Source: Vibrio cholerae ATCC 14035 (GTDB lineage: Bacteria; Pseudomonadota; Gammaproteobacteria; Enterobacterales; Vibrionaceae). Taken from it: a DNA stretch of 32,000 nt. Shown here piece by piece: positions 17,708 to 26,685 of the stretch; the stretch's first letter is position 1; every line of letters starts with the position of its first letter. The position numbers and the translations under genes are program-made. Below the pieces are notes generated by a model. The model saw only the letters and a list, made by a program, of their open reading frames with translations, was not told where the DNA came from and searched no databases. The stretch is taken from contig NZ_JHXR01000002.1 of assembly GCF_000621645.1 (NCBI RefSeq), forward strand, positions 120,001 through 152,000, given 5' to 3'.

Positions 17708-17853
17708 GCGCGCAGTTGCACAAAATTTCAATATAAATCAAATTATTATCACAACCTCCGAATAAAAGTGTGATCTCTAACTGGCTGAAGTGCCAAAACA
17801 TAACTATAAATTTATTAATAATAATAACCCTATCGTTATGGAAAGGAATCACG

Positions 17854-19728
17854 ATGAAATTCAGCCATAAAATTGTTGCTGCGTCGTCTGTACTTCTGCT
17901 TGCTACTGTTGCGCTGCTTTCGGGTAGCCAATACTTCAAAGTCCGAGATGAAATCCGCAGCATGGTTTCTGACAGTGTTGATGAGATTGTCGATGGTGTA
18001 AGTAAAACGACCGCCGAAGTCATCAATGGCAGAAAAAGTATCGCGCAATACGCCACTAGCTTGATTGAGAGCAATCCTGAACCCGATAATGTGCGCACGA
18101 TCATCTCGCAACCTTTGATCAAAAACACCTTCCTTTTAGTAGGATTTGGTTTAGAGAAAGACGGTTCGAATATCAATAACGACCCGAGTTGGAACCCGGG
18201 CCCGACTTGGGACCCACGTGTTCGTCCTTGGTATAAAGACGCCAAAAATGCCGGTAAGTTGGTGATTACCGCACCTTACGCCGATTCCGCCAGCGGCGAA
18301 ATTCTGGTTTCTGTCGCAACGCCAGTCAAAGACAGCGCAACCGGGCAATTCCTCGGTTCCATCTTTTACGATGTCAGCTTGGCTGAACTCGCTGAACTGG
18401 TTAACGAAGTAAAACTGTTTGATGCGGGTTATGTCTTTATTGTGTCCGAAGATGGCACCACCATCGCCCACCCGAAAAAAGAGTTCAATGGCAAACCCAT
18501 GTCAGAATTTTTGGGTGAAAGCAAAATCAATGTTGATACCCATCAAGTCATCATCAATGGCAAACCCTATGCAGTCAGCTTCTCCGATGTAGAAGGCGAA
18601 GATTGGTATGTCGGTGTGGTGATTGATGAAGAAATTGCTTACGCCGCGCTAGATGAATTACGAAGAAGTACGCTCATTTTCACTGTGATCGCCTTAGTGA
18701 TCAGCGTGTTTGTTCTACTGTTTATCGTTCGTGTACTAATGAAACCTCTCGATACTCTTAACGACGCGATTCAAAACGTGGCTTCTGGTGAAGGTGACTT
18801 AACTCAGCGTTTGAGCACCAATACCGATGAAGAGTTTGCCAAACTGGCGATTGGTTTTAATACCTTTACTGAAACGCTACAGAAGCAGTTGATCCAATCC
18901 AAAGCGATTGGTGCCGAGATCTTACGCGGTTCAGAATCCACATCAATGACGCTACAACAGTCGGCAGAAGCCATGCGTTCTCAGCTTCATGAGTTGGAAC
19001 AGTTGGCGACCGCCATGCATGAAATGGCGACGACGTCTTCAGATGTAGCCAATAATGCGCAAGGTGCCGCTTCGGCTGCAAAAGTGGCTGACGATGCCGC
19101 CGCCGCAGGCACGGATGTGGTTACCAAAACCACGAAAGCCATTGATACCCTTTCTGCCACTATTGATGCTGCGGTAGACGATGTGAAAGTGCTGGAAAGC
19201 GCGACTGCAAACATTGAAACCGTGCTGAAAGTGATTAACGACATTGCGGATCAAACCAACCTGCTCGCACTCAACGCAGCGATTGAAGCGGCGCGAGCCG
19301 GTGAATCTGGCCGCGGCTTTGCGGTGGTCGCCGATGAAGTTCGTACTCTGGCACAGCGTACTCAACAGTCCACGACGGAAATTCGTAACATGATTGAGAA
19401 GCTGCAATCTGGAGCCAATGCGGTTGCGATTGCCATGAGCCACAGTAAAGATACGGCGGCCAGTGCGGTCAACCAAGCGCAAGGCGCGAATGAAGCGTTA
19501 GAAAAAATCCGCCTTGCGATTCAGCAGATCAGCGATATGAACATTCAAATCGCCTCCGCTGCGGAAGAACAAAGCTTAGTTGCAGAAGAGATCAACAACA
19601 ACACTGTCAAGATCAAAGACCTGTCGGATCAAGTTGCTGAATCTGCTGATGAAGCGAACATGTCGATGCAGATCCAAACGGAAAATATCCGCGAACAGGA
19701 TGCAATCTTGAATAAATTCAAAGTGTAA
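17854..19728 (+). CDS. mlp24: Methyl-accepting chemotaxis protein with a dCache_1 sensor (likely amino-acid receptor Mlp24/McpX)
   Basis: ATG at 17854 behind a GGAAAGGA RBS gives 624 aa. It has a double-Cache periplasmic region, HAMP and the conserved MCP hairpin. The name comes from remembered locus order (VCA0923) and is not verified. Confidence 0.85.
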   Translation: MKFSHKIVAASSVLLLATVALLSGSQYFKVRDEIRSMVSDSVDEIVDGVSKTTAEVINGRKSIAQYATSLIESNPEPDNVRTIISQPLIKNTFLLVGFGLEKDGSNINNDPSWNPGPTWDPRVRPWYKDAKNAGKLVITAPYADSASGEILVSVATPVKDSATGQFLGSIFYDVSLAELAELVNEVKLFDAGYVFIVSEDGTTIAHPKKEFNGKPMSEFLGESKINVDTHQVIINGKPYAVSFSDVEGEDWYVGVVIDEEIAYAALDELRRSTLIFTVIALVISVFVLLFIVRVLMKPLDTLNDAIQNVASGEGDLTQRLSTNTDEEFAKLAIGFNTFTETLQKQLIQSKAIGAEILRGSESTSMTLQQSAEAMRSQLHELEQLATAMHEMATTSSDVANNAQGAASAAKVADDAAAAGTDVVTKTTKAIDTLSATIDAAVDDVKVLESATANIETVLKVINDIADQTNLLALNAAIEAARAGESGRGFAVVADEVRTLAQRTQQSTTEIRNMIEKLQSGANAVAIAMSHSKDTAASAVNQAQGANEALEKIRLAIQQISDMNIQIASAAEEQSLVAEEINNNTVKIKDLSDQVAESADEANMSMQIQTENIREQDAILNKFKV

Positions 19729-19743
19729 CCTTAGCCAAAATGC

Positions 19744-19771
19744 AAAAACCTCCCAACGGGAGGTTTTTTTA
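19744..19771. terminator. Bidirectional rho-independent terminator
   Basis: Hairpin AAAAACCTCCC-aac-GGGAGGTTTTTTT. Confidence 0.75.
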
Positions 19772-19790
19772 TCACTTCAAATCTGAACGG

Positions 19791-21608
19791 CTAAAACTCG
19801 ACATCCAGATCCGTGTCGGCGACCGAGCAGCAAGCCAAAGCCATGCCCATCAAGCGTTCATGATCCATCAAAGCAGGAACTTTAGGCTGCTCCAGTAAAC
19901 CTGACTTTACTTTCACTTTACACGCTCCACAAATGCCCGCACGGCAGCTATTGGGTATTCTCACACCAGCGTCTTCGGCATGCTCCAGCAAGGTTTTCTG
20001 ATTATCCGCAGAGACTTGAATACCATTGAAACTGAGTTTCACATCTTTCTTCTCTCGCGGCGCTACGTGCACCGCACCGAAAGCTTCCTGATGATAAGCC
20101 GATTCGGCTACCCCTTGTTTGAGCAGCAAATTCTTAGCTTTTTGCATAAAGCCATCAGGGCCACACACAAACACTTGGCGAGCGGGAAGGTCAGGAATGC
20201 GCTTAATGTGCGACAAAGCTAAACGGCCATGCTCACCTTGCCACTCAGCCGAGGGTTGGGTTAATGCATAGATGAGCGTCAGCCCAGTATGTTTTTTTGC
20301 CAACGCATCCAGTTCCGCTCGGCAAGGTATATCCTGCTCACTTCGGCATTGATGATAAAACACCACATCATCGAGTTGGTTATGGTCCGCCAGATAACGC
20401 AACATAGACAGCATAGGAGTGACACCACTGCCTGCCGAAAGCAGCAGTAAAGGCTGTGGCGCTGTGGTATCCAGATGGAAATGCCCAGTAGGATGCTGCG
20501 CGGTCAAGGTCGTGCCAATCTGCAAATTCTCTTGCAACCAATTAGAAACTCGCCCGCCATCAATGCGCTTGACCGAAATCGCTAAACGTCCCGGACGCGA
20601 TGGGCTAGAGGAAAGCGTGTAGTAACGCTGCACAGGCTCACCCTCAATCACCATTTCAATTGGCAGATATTGCCCCGGTAGATACTGAGGTGCGATGCCT
20701 TGGGCAGGCTCTAGCCAGAAAGTCACGAAATCACGGGCGATCTCTTCGCGCTCAACACAAGTCAGTGTGAAGTGGCTGGCCCCTTGGTCTGGGTAAACTT
20801 CTTTCTCTTTATATTCCAACACTTCAATCGGATCGCCCGCTCGAATCATTCCTTCATTTTTGGCAACCAAGTTTTGCCCGAAAAACACGCCACCGCGCTC
20901 ATTAGCACGAAATTGTGAGAGTGTACGCAGCGGCTCTTTGGTTGGCCTAAACGCCCCTTTCTTCACTTCAACCGTGGTTAAAATGCAGCGTTCACAAGGT
21001 TTGACGGCTTCAAACTCCACCTCACCGATACGGATACGCTTCCAGCTGTCTTCGGCGAACGGTTCAGTACCAGAAACGACTAAGTTGGTACGAAATTGAT
21101 CCATTGAATGAAACTCAGGGCTGCGGCGATTGAGTTCATCCAACGACGCTTGGCTTATCACCAACAGCGGATAACCATCGGCAAAGCTGACATTGTGACC
21201 CACTTTTTCACGTACACGATTGGATTGCTCGCCGCTGTATAAGAGCTCAACACGAATCCCCAATACCGTACTAAACCAATCGTCTGCTTCATCGGTGGTG
21301 GTGTACGCGGTGAAATTATCCGCCCAAACTTGCGCGGGTACCGGTTGCAACTTGAAATCTGCATAACGGATGGTAAGCGAGGGATGACCTTGTGCAGAAA
21401 ACAGCACACCATCATGACGCAGCGCGGTTTTGATCAGCACCATTTGCGGAAATTTACGCGCCGTCACCATACTTCCATCAGACAGTGCCAACATAAAACG
21501 ACGATCAAAGGTTAAGCCTTGCTTTTCTACCCAAGCGGACGACAGCGCCAGCCCACCTAACGATTTCACTGGAAAGACATTGATTTGAGATAAGAGTCCA
21601 GACGACAT
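19791..21608 (-). CDS. MOSC-domain / FNR-like flavin reductase / 2Fe-2S ferredoxin fusion oxidoreductase (YcbX-like)
   Basis: Start at the ATG at 21608 (MSSGLLSQINVFPVKSLGG, AGGAAG RBS) gives 605 aa. It has a MOSC Cys (KPCERC), RYYTLSS FAD motif, GSGVTP NAD motif and CRAGICGAC..C cluster. Confidence 0.85.
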   Translation of the reverse strand: MSSGLLSQINVFPVKSLGGLALSSAWVEKQGLTFDRRFMLALSDGSMVTARKFPQMVLIKTALRHDGVLFSAQGHPSLTIRYADFKLQPVPAQVWADNFTAYTTTDEADDWFSTVLGIRVELLYSGEQSNRVREKVGHNVSFADGYPLLVISQASLDELNRRSPEFHSMDQFRTNLVVSGTEPFAEDSWKRIRIGEVEFEAVKPCERCILTTVEVKKGAFRPTKEPLRTLSQFRANERGGVFFGQNLVAKNEGMIRAGDPIEVLEYKEKEVYPDQGASHFTLTCVEREEIARDFVTFWLEPAQGIAPQYLPGQYLPIEMVIEGEPVQRYYTLSSSPSRPGRLAISVKRIDGGRVSNWLQENLQIGTTLTAQHPTGHFHLDTTAPQPLLLLSAGSGVTPMLSMLRYLADHNQLDDVVFYHQCRSEQDIPCRAELDALAKKHTGLTLIYALTQPSAEWQGEHGRLALSHIKRIPDLPARQVFVCGPDGFMQKAKNLLLKQGVAESAYHQEAFGAVHVAPREKKDVKLSFNGIQVSADNQKTLLEHAEDAGVRIPNSCRAGICGACKVKVKSGLLEQPKVPALMDHERLMGMALACCSVADTDLDVEF

Positions 21609-21628
21609 GGTGCTTCCTTTGGTTGTTG

Positions 21629-21757
21629 TCATACCCACATTTCTTGGATTTGCCGCTAAGCGGCCACAGAGCGCATCCTCATGAGCATAGACAAACGCTA
21701 TGATTGGGATGGAAGAATCTAGCCAAAACTGTTGCAGCGTCGAGTACGACGGAGTTA
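21629..21757. repeat. ERIC (enterobacterial repetitive intergenic consensus) element, copy A
   Basis: About 129 bp. It aligns along its length to copy B without B's insertion, for example ATCCTCATGAGCATAGACAAACGCTATGATTGGGATG versus ATCCCCATGAGCATAGACAGACTATGTGATTGGGGTG. Confidence 0.6.
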
Positions 21758-21834
21758 TTTGCGCAACATCATAGAACAAATTGTCACTTCAGACTAACAC
21801 GTTGTTACAAATCAGGGTTCTGGTTTCTATTCAG

Positions 21835-22034
21835 ATATACCCAAACCACTTGGAGTTGCAGGTAGGCGGCAAGTGAGTGACAAATTTGTCTGGAACAAAT
21901 TTGCACAGCCATCGGCTGGCCTTTGGTGAGAGCCAAGGATGGCTCTCATAATCCCCATGAGCATAGACAGACTATGTGATTGGGGTGAACGAACGTAGCC
22001 AACACCCCTGCAGCTTCAAGTAGGAAGGGTATAC
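21835..22034. repeat. ERIC element, copy B, with a nested insertion of about 69 bp (21881..21949)
   Basis: The ends TATACCCAAACCACTTGGAGTTGCAGGTAGGCGGCAAGTGAGTGA and GTGATTGGGGTGAACGAACGTAGCCAACACCCCTGCAGCTTCAAGTAGGAAGGGTATA form the ERIC imperfect palindrome. The insert holds three hairpins. Confidence 0.75.
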
Positions 22035-22106
22035 CAAGGGCAAAATAGACCAAGACAAATAACACGTGAAATGGATTACACTTTCCACTATCATCCTGTC
22101 GCCTAA

Positions 22107-22122
22107 GCGGAAGCGTTTGCGC
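22107..22122. promoter_or_regulatory. Candidate PurR box in the pyrC leader
   Basis: GCGGAAGCGTTTGCGC matches ACGCAAACGTTTGCGT at 12/16 by hand count. It overlaps the inverted repeat AAGCGT..ACGCTT (22111..22129). Confidence 0.3.
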
Positions 22123-22170
22123 GACGCTTTAGGCTCCAATCATTTCATGCATTCATGGTGGGAGCACTCA

Positions 22171-23199
22171 ATGACAACACTGACGATTACACGCCCAGAC
22201 GACTGGCACGTTCACCTTCGCGATGGCGATGTACTGGCCGATACTGTACGCGACATCAGCCGTTATAACGGCCGCGCGCTGATCATGCCTAACACGGTTC
22301 CCCCTGTAACCACCACTGAGATGGCCTTAGCCTATCGTGAGCGCATTATGGCTGCTCAGCCACAGCCGCACTTTGAACCTTTGATGGCACTTTACCTCAC
22401 CGATAACACTTCACCTGAGGAAATTCGCAAAGCCAAAGCGTCAGGTAAAGTCGTTGCAGCTAAGCTTTATCCAGCCGGTGCGACCACCAACTCGGATTCT
22501 GGTGTCACGTCAGCGAAAAAGATTTATTCCGTACTACAGGCGATGCAGGAAGTCGGTATGCTACTTCTGGTGCATGGTGAAGTGACCACGCACGAAGTCG
22601 ACATTTTTGACCGTGAAAAGACCTTCCTAGACACCGTGCTTGCGCCGATCGTGAATGATTTCCCGCAACTGAAAATTGTGCTTGAGCACATCACCACCGC
22701 CGATGCTGTGACCTTTGTTCAGAAAGCAGGCGATAACGTTGCAGCGACCATTACCGCTCACCATTTGCTGTTTAACCGCAACCACATGTTGGTTGGTGGT
22801 ATTCGCCCACATTTCTACTGTTTGCCTATTCTAAAACGTGCCACCCACCAACACGCGTTAGTGGCAGCGGCAACCTCAGGCAGCAAAAAATTCTTCCTAG
22901 GTACGGACTCTGCCCCGCACGCCAAAGGCCGCAAAGAAGCCGCCTGTGGCTGCGCAGGCTCTTATACTGCCCATGCGGCTCTTGAGTTGTATGCCGAAGT
23001 GTTTGAAAAAGAAGGCAAGCTCGAAAATCTGGAAGCGTTCGCTAGCTTTAATGGCCCTGATTTCTACGGCCTACCTCGCAATCAAGAGACCGTCACGCTC
23101 ACCAAGCAAGCCTGGCCAGTCGCAGAAAGCATGCCGTTTGGCAGCGATATCGTGGTGCCAATCCGCGCCGGTGAAAACATCGAGTGGACAGTGAAGTAA
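22171..23199 (+). CDS. pyrC: Dihydroorotase (class II)
   Basis: ATG at 22171 gives 342 aa beginning [19 protein letters not shown], the class II PyrC signature. The track's upstream extension lacks homology. Confidence 0.95.
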   Translation: MTTLTITRPDDWHVHLRDGDVLADTVRDISRYNGRALIMPNTVPPVTTTEMALAYRERIMAAQPQPHFEPLMALYLTDNTSPEEIRKAKASGKVVAAKLYPAGATTNSDSGVTSAKKIYSVLQAMQEVGMLLLVHGEVTTHEVDIFDREKTFLDTVLAPIVNDFPQLKIVLEHITTADAVTFVQKAGDNVAATITAHHLLFNRNHMLVGGIRPHFYCLPILKRATHQHALVAAATSGSKKFFLGTDSAPHAKGRKEAACGCAGSYTAHAALELYAEVFEKEGKLENLEAFASFNGPDFYGLPRNQETVTLTKQAWPVAESMPFGSDIVVPIRAGENIEWTVK

Positions 23200-23216
23200 A
23201 CTCAGTTCAGATGTAC

Positions 23217-23246
23217 GAAAGGAGAGGTTTGCCTCTCCTTTTTCAT
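23217..23246. terminator. Bidirectional terminator between pyrC and the AraC-family gene
   Basis: Hairpin GAAAGGAGAGG-tttg-CCTCTCCTTTTTC. Confidence 0.7.
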
Positions 23247-23262
23247 TCTTTATTACGCGATT

Positions 23263-24306
23263 TTAGATTTGCCGATGCTGTTTCCGATAATCGCTCGGGG
23301 TCATCCCTGTTACTCGTGAGAATTCGCGGTTGAAATTCGATTTGGTCTGAAAACCCGAGTTCATAAAAATCTGAGTGATGGAATCTTCACTCTTGGTGAG
23401 CGCCTGCAACGCATGATCAATTCGGTATTCATTAATCAACTTGGAAATATTCTTCTGATGGATTTGGTTAACCGCCGCCGAAATCTGTTTCGCGGGAATG
23501 CCGAGTTTGCGCGACAGCTTAGATAAGGTCAGTTCAGGATCTAAATAGTGCGTTTTTTCCCTCATTTGCCGATCAAACAAGGCCACAATCTCTTGTGCTC
23601 GTGCTTCTGGCATCCCCTCATCGGTTAACGTTTCTTTCTCTTCATGCGAGGTCGCCAGTTCCGAATTAGCGACTTCATCAGTGCTGGATGTACTCACACC
23701 AACCACAATCACGGCGAAGGCCAAAACAGGGATCAGTACCACATGCCCAACGGTCAAAATGTACAGCGAAAAATGCCCTTGGTTATAGATGAAATCGAGA
23801 GACATCGTGCTATCGATCAATGCAGAAAACAGCAGCATCCAACCTGCGATATTTTCAGCCCGTTTGACGTTTTCCCAATGGTTAAACGCGACATAGATTC
23901 GTAACGCATCTTGTGAGGAATAACGCACCAACGCAATCCCGTAAAATAGATAGATCGCGGTCAGAGTTTCATCCAGAGGTAGCGACCAAAATGGCTGAGC
24001 CAACAAGCTCACCAACACCAGAGTTGGGCCAAATAAGTGCTTATAACAACGCGACAGGCCTTTTTCATGGGTGCGAGTAAAGGTACACCACGCAGCAACA
24101 GGAATGAGGGAAGCTAAAATAGGTTGTGCCATGCGCAGTGCGGGCCAATCGACCGTCCAACGTAACCCAACCACAGCCGTGGTTGCCGCACAAAGCACTA
24201 AAAACAGACAAGCACTTTTTGCCTGCTCAGCCAGTCGTAAATAGAGCGTTACTGCCAATAACAGCAGCATCAGCGAAACCACGAAGGGCACTGGAATCAT
24301 CAACAT
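23263..24306 (-). CDS. Membrane-embedded AraC-family transcriptional regulator
   Basis: 347 aa. The first 210 aa or so are hydrophobic (about six predicted TM helices). The C-terminus is a canonical AraC double HTH (SNFNREFSRVTGMTPSDYRK). Confidence 0.8.
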   Translation of the reverse strand: MLMIPVPFVVSLMLLLLAVTLYLRLAEQAKSACLFLVLCAATTAVVGLRWTVDWPALRMAQPILASLIPVAAWCTFTRTHEKGLSRCYKHLFGPTLVLVSLLAQPFWSLPLDETLTAIYLFYGIALVRYSSQDALRIYVAFNHWENVKRAENIAGWMLLFSALIDSTMSLDFIYNQGHFSLYILTVGHVVLIPVLAFAVIVVGVSTSSTDEVANSELATSHEEKETLTDEGMPEARAQEIVALFDRQMREKTHYLDPELTLSKLSRKLGIPAKQISAAVNQIHQKNISKLINEYRIDHALQALTKSEDSITQIFMNSGFQTKSNFNREFSRVTGMTPSDYRKQHRQI

Positions 24307-24386
24307 ATCTTTCCCTGAAAAAGTAAACGAGAGACCGCATTGAACGGTCTGATTACGCCACAGCTTAGACTAATACCCGTTCAAGT

Positions 24387-24417
24387 ACGTCCTCAAACCC
24401 GTTTTAGGACGTTTTTC
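24387..24417 (+). terminator. Terminator-like hairpin in the leader of the DUF805 operon
   Basis: ACGTCCT-12 nt loop-AGGACGT followed by TTTTCG, 54 nt upstream of the DUF805 ATG. A second hairpin, AGACCG..CGGTCT, lies at 24332..24350. Confidence 0.35.
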
Positions 24418-24470
24418 GCCACAGATTGCCCCACCATTTCCAGTGCCAATTCCCAACATGAGAAACGCAC

Positions 24471-24821
24471 ATGACACCTTTACTGACCGCCTATTTACAG
24501 GCGTGGAAACAATACTTTGATTTTTCAGGGCAAACAACCAGAGACGATTTTTGGTGGTTCATGCTCGCTCATCTACTGATCACATTGGTGGTGGTCAGTA
24601 TTGAGATCGCCACAAATAACCCAGGCTGGTTAGATCTGTTTTACAGCCTCATCAGCTTTATCCCGATGCTCACCATCTTAGTTCGGCGTTTGCATGATAC
24701 CCAGCGCTCCGGATGGTGGGCATGGGTATTTGTGATCCCCGTGATTGGCCCTTTCTGGCTAATTTACTTACTGGTTCAGCCCTCTTCCTCCCACTTCACC
24801 GATAAGGCACTTTTATCATGA
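24471..24821 (+). CDS. DUF805 (YhaH/YhaI-like) inner-membrane protein
   Basis: 116 aa. Contains SGQTTRDDFWWFML and RRLHDTQRSGWW, the hallmark DUF805 motifs. Confidence 0.8.
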   Translation: MTPLLTAYLQAWKQYFDFSGQTTRDDFWWFMLAHLLITLVVVSIEIATNNPGWLDLFYSLISFIPMLTILVRRLHDTQRSGWWAWVFVIPVIGPFWLIYLLVQPSSSHFTDKALLS

Positions 24822-25327
24822 GAACTCTATTGGTTTTACTGCTGATTTCAATGGCGAATCTTGCTTCGGCGGATCCTCTTAAACTCAATGACCACTTACC
24901 CGATCAAACCATTGGCCTACTAACCATCACGAAAATGACCCAAGGGCAGCTTCTTTGGTTAAAAGGGCGAGTGGGAGAAGGAAAATATCAAGCCAAAAAT
25001 GCGCAAGGACAAGAGTGTTCGATAGAAGTGCCAGTTGCGATTGGCAGCTTTTCACAAGCCAATATTGGGATTCACTCTACTCAAGGTTTGATGATCGCGA
25101 TTACTAATCCGCGTTTAAGTGAAGCGATACTCGAAGGGCAAAGAATCCACAGCGATGATTGGGTATTTAGCACAAAAGAAGAGCGTAAAAAGGTGGATGG
25201 CTACATTGTGAGTGGCATTGCTGCCGATGAAGGCTTCATTCTCAACTCTCGTCGGCGTTGGATTTCTTGGCTGCTTGATGCAGAGCCACAGGTGATCTGC
25301 AACACGGAAGTGGCCAATCACAGCTAA
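24818..25327 (+). CDS. Secreted hypothetical protein
   Basis: 169 aa. Signal peptide MRTLLVLLLISMANLASA|DP. Its ATG overlaps the DUF805 stop (ATGA), suggesting translational coupling. I recognise no family. Confidence 0.6.
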   Translation: MRTLLVLLLISMANLASADPLKLNDHLPDQTIGLLTITKMTQGQLLWLKGRVGEGKYQAKNAQGQECSIEVPVAIGSFSQANIGIHSTQGLMIAITNPRLSEAILEGQRIHSDDWVFSTKEERKKVDGYIVSGIAADEGFILNSRRRWISWLLDAEPQVICNTEVANHS

Positions 25328-25353
25328 GTCGCTCTTAATCCTATAAAAATGCA

Positions 25354-25376
25354 ATAAGGGGCAAACCGCCCCTTAT
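25354..25376. terminator. Bidirectional terminator
   Basis: Hairpin ATAAGGGGC-aaacc-GCCCCTTAT flanked by A/T runs. Confidence 0.7.
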
Positions 25377-25393
25377 TGTTCAGTCTTCCGTAG

Positions 25394-26521
25394 CTATTTT
25401 CTGACCAACAAGGTCAGCACTTCGGCGTGATCTGTATGCGGGAACATATCAAACCACTGCACGCGACTCATTTGGTAGCTGGCGAGCTCAGCGATGTCTT
25501 TGACCATGGTCTGCGGGTTACAGCTGGAATAAAGAATGTGTTGTGGCGCGAGCGCTTCCAACTGCGCAGTCAGTTCGCTGCCCAAACCACGACGTGGAGG
25601 ATTGACCAACACTAACTCCGGTGCACTCATCTGGCTTTGTGAAAACTTGGCCGAATCGAGCGCTGCAAAGCTGAGATTATCAATCCCCATCATTTGCGCC
25701 GAACGTTGCGCACTGGCAATCGCTTCTGGTTCAATTTCAATGCCCGTCACAGCAGTGTTTGGCGCGGCGCAATGCAGCGCAAAGCCACCAACGCCACAAA
25801 ACAGATCCCACATTTGTGTTGGCGCAATCTCGCGCACCCAAGCACGCGCGGTCGCGTATAGCTGCTCAGCCACTTGGGGATTAGTTTGGAAAAAGCTTTT
25901 CGGGCGGATCACCATAGGCACATCGTTGAACTGTTCAAGCAGGCTTTGCGTTTCGGTGAGGAAAATTTCCTCTTCACCTTCTAAACGCGCCATATGCACC
26001 GGCTGGATATTGACGGAAACGACTTCGATCGTCGGGAAAGCCGCAATCAATGTCGGCAAATTGCGTTCAATTCGCTCAAGCACCGCATGGCTGCGTGCCA
26101 CAAAACGCAGCATAAATTGGCCGCTGTTTTCACTGCGGGTGAGCAGAATAAACTTCAGTTCACCTTTTTTCTTCAGCTTGTTATAGGGCGGAATACCCGC
26201 GATACGGATCCAGTTTTCCAGATAAGCGAGCAACTCTTGCATCGGCTGCGGATAAAGCGGGCAAGTCACCAGCGACAAAGGCTGACCTTGCGCATCTTCA
26301 ATGCCTAAAATCGGCGCGTGAGCCGCACCGAGCACCACCATTTTGGCTTTATTGCGAAACGCGGTGTCAGCACTGGTGACAGGGGGTAACCACTGCACAT
26401 CCATGGCAGGCGCAATCAACTCACGCAACTGCTGATCTTTATTCTCAACTTGTTGGGAATACGGCTGCGCACACTGGTGGCAAGAGGTACACCGTTTTTG
26501 AATAAAGAACTCACACTGCAT
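25394..26521 (-). CDS. rlmC: 23S rRNA (uracil747-C5)-methyltransferase RlmC (RumB)
   Basis: 375 aa. N-terminal Cys cluster ([15 protein letters not shown]), SAM motif [12 protein letters not shown] and catalytic SCNP. Confidence 0.9.
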   Translation of the reverse strand: MQCEFFIQKRCTSCHQCAQPYSQQVENKDQQLRELIAPAMDVQWLPPVTSADTAFRNKAKMVVLGAAHAPILGIEDAQGQPLSLVTCPLYPQPMQELLAYLENWIRIAGIPPYNKLKKKGELKFILLTRSENSGQFMLRFVARSHAVLERIERNLPTLIAAFPTIEVVSVNIQPVHMARLEGEEEIFLTETQSLLEQFNDVPMVIRPKSFFQTNPQVAEQLYATARAWVREIAPTQMWDLFCGVGGFALHCAAPNTAVTGIEIEPEAIASAQRSAQMMGIDNLSFAALDSAKFSQSQMSAPELVLVNPPRRGLGSELTAQLEALAPQHILYSSCNPQTMVKDIAELASYQMSRVQWFDMFPHTDHAEVLTLLVRK

Positions 26522-26685
26522 AATATCGACCGCCGAAAAACAAAAGCCGCTAGTTTATTTGCCTTCCCGAAAATAACAACGAGAATTTTACGGATACCCT
26601 ACTTCATGTTGTCGCCAACACCGCTGTCGCTGCCGATAAGCAGGAAATTCTCCAAACGACTTGGGGCGACAGCTAGGCGAGAGAA

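Noticed and set aside
17755-17800. Possible sigma-28 (FliA) promoter, TAAAAG-N15-GCTGAAGT, upstream of the dCache MCP
   Set aside because: The -10 element matches only about 4 of 8 positions of GCCGATAA, which is not enough to call.
17631-18245. 204-aa minus-strand ORF spanning the intergenic region and the 5' end of the dCache MCP
   Set aside because: It is antisense to a strongly supported MCP gene and crosses its promoter and RBS. It has no recognisable domain and looks like an AT-rich read-through artefact.
21609-21779. N-terminal extensions in the ORF track (MOSC 21609..21779, hutX 7371..7448, exbD1 10372..10449, pyrC 22066..22170, DUF808 27622..27711, HD-GYP 29117..29293, tonB1 9006..9032)
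   Set aside because: Internal starts have better RBSs and give the conserved family N-termini. The extensions overlap upstream genes or, for MOSC, translate an ERIC repeat.
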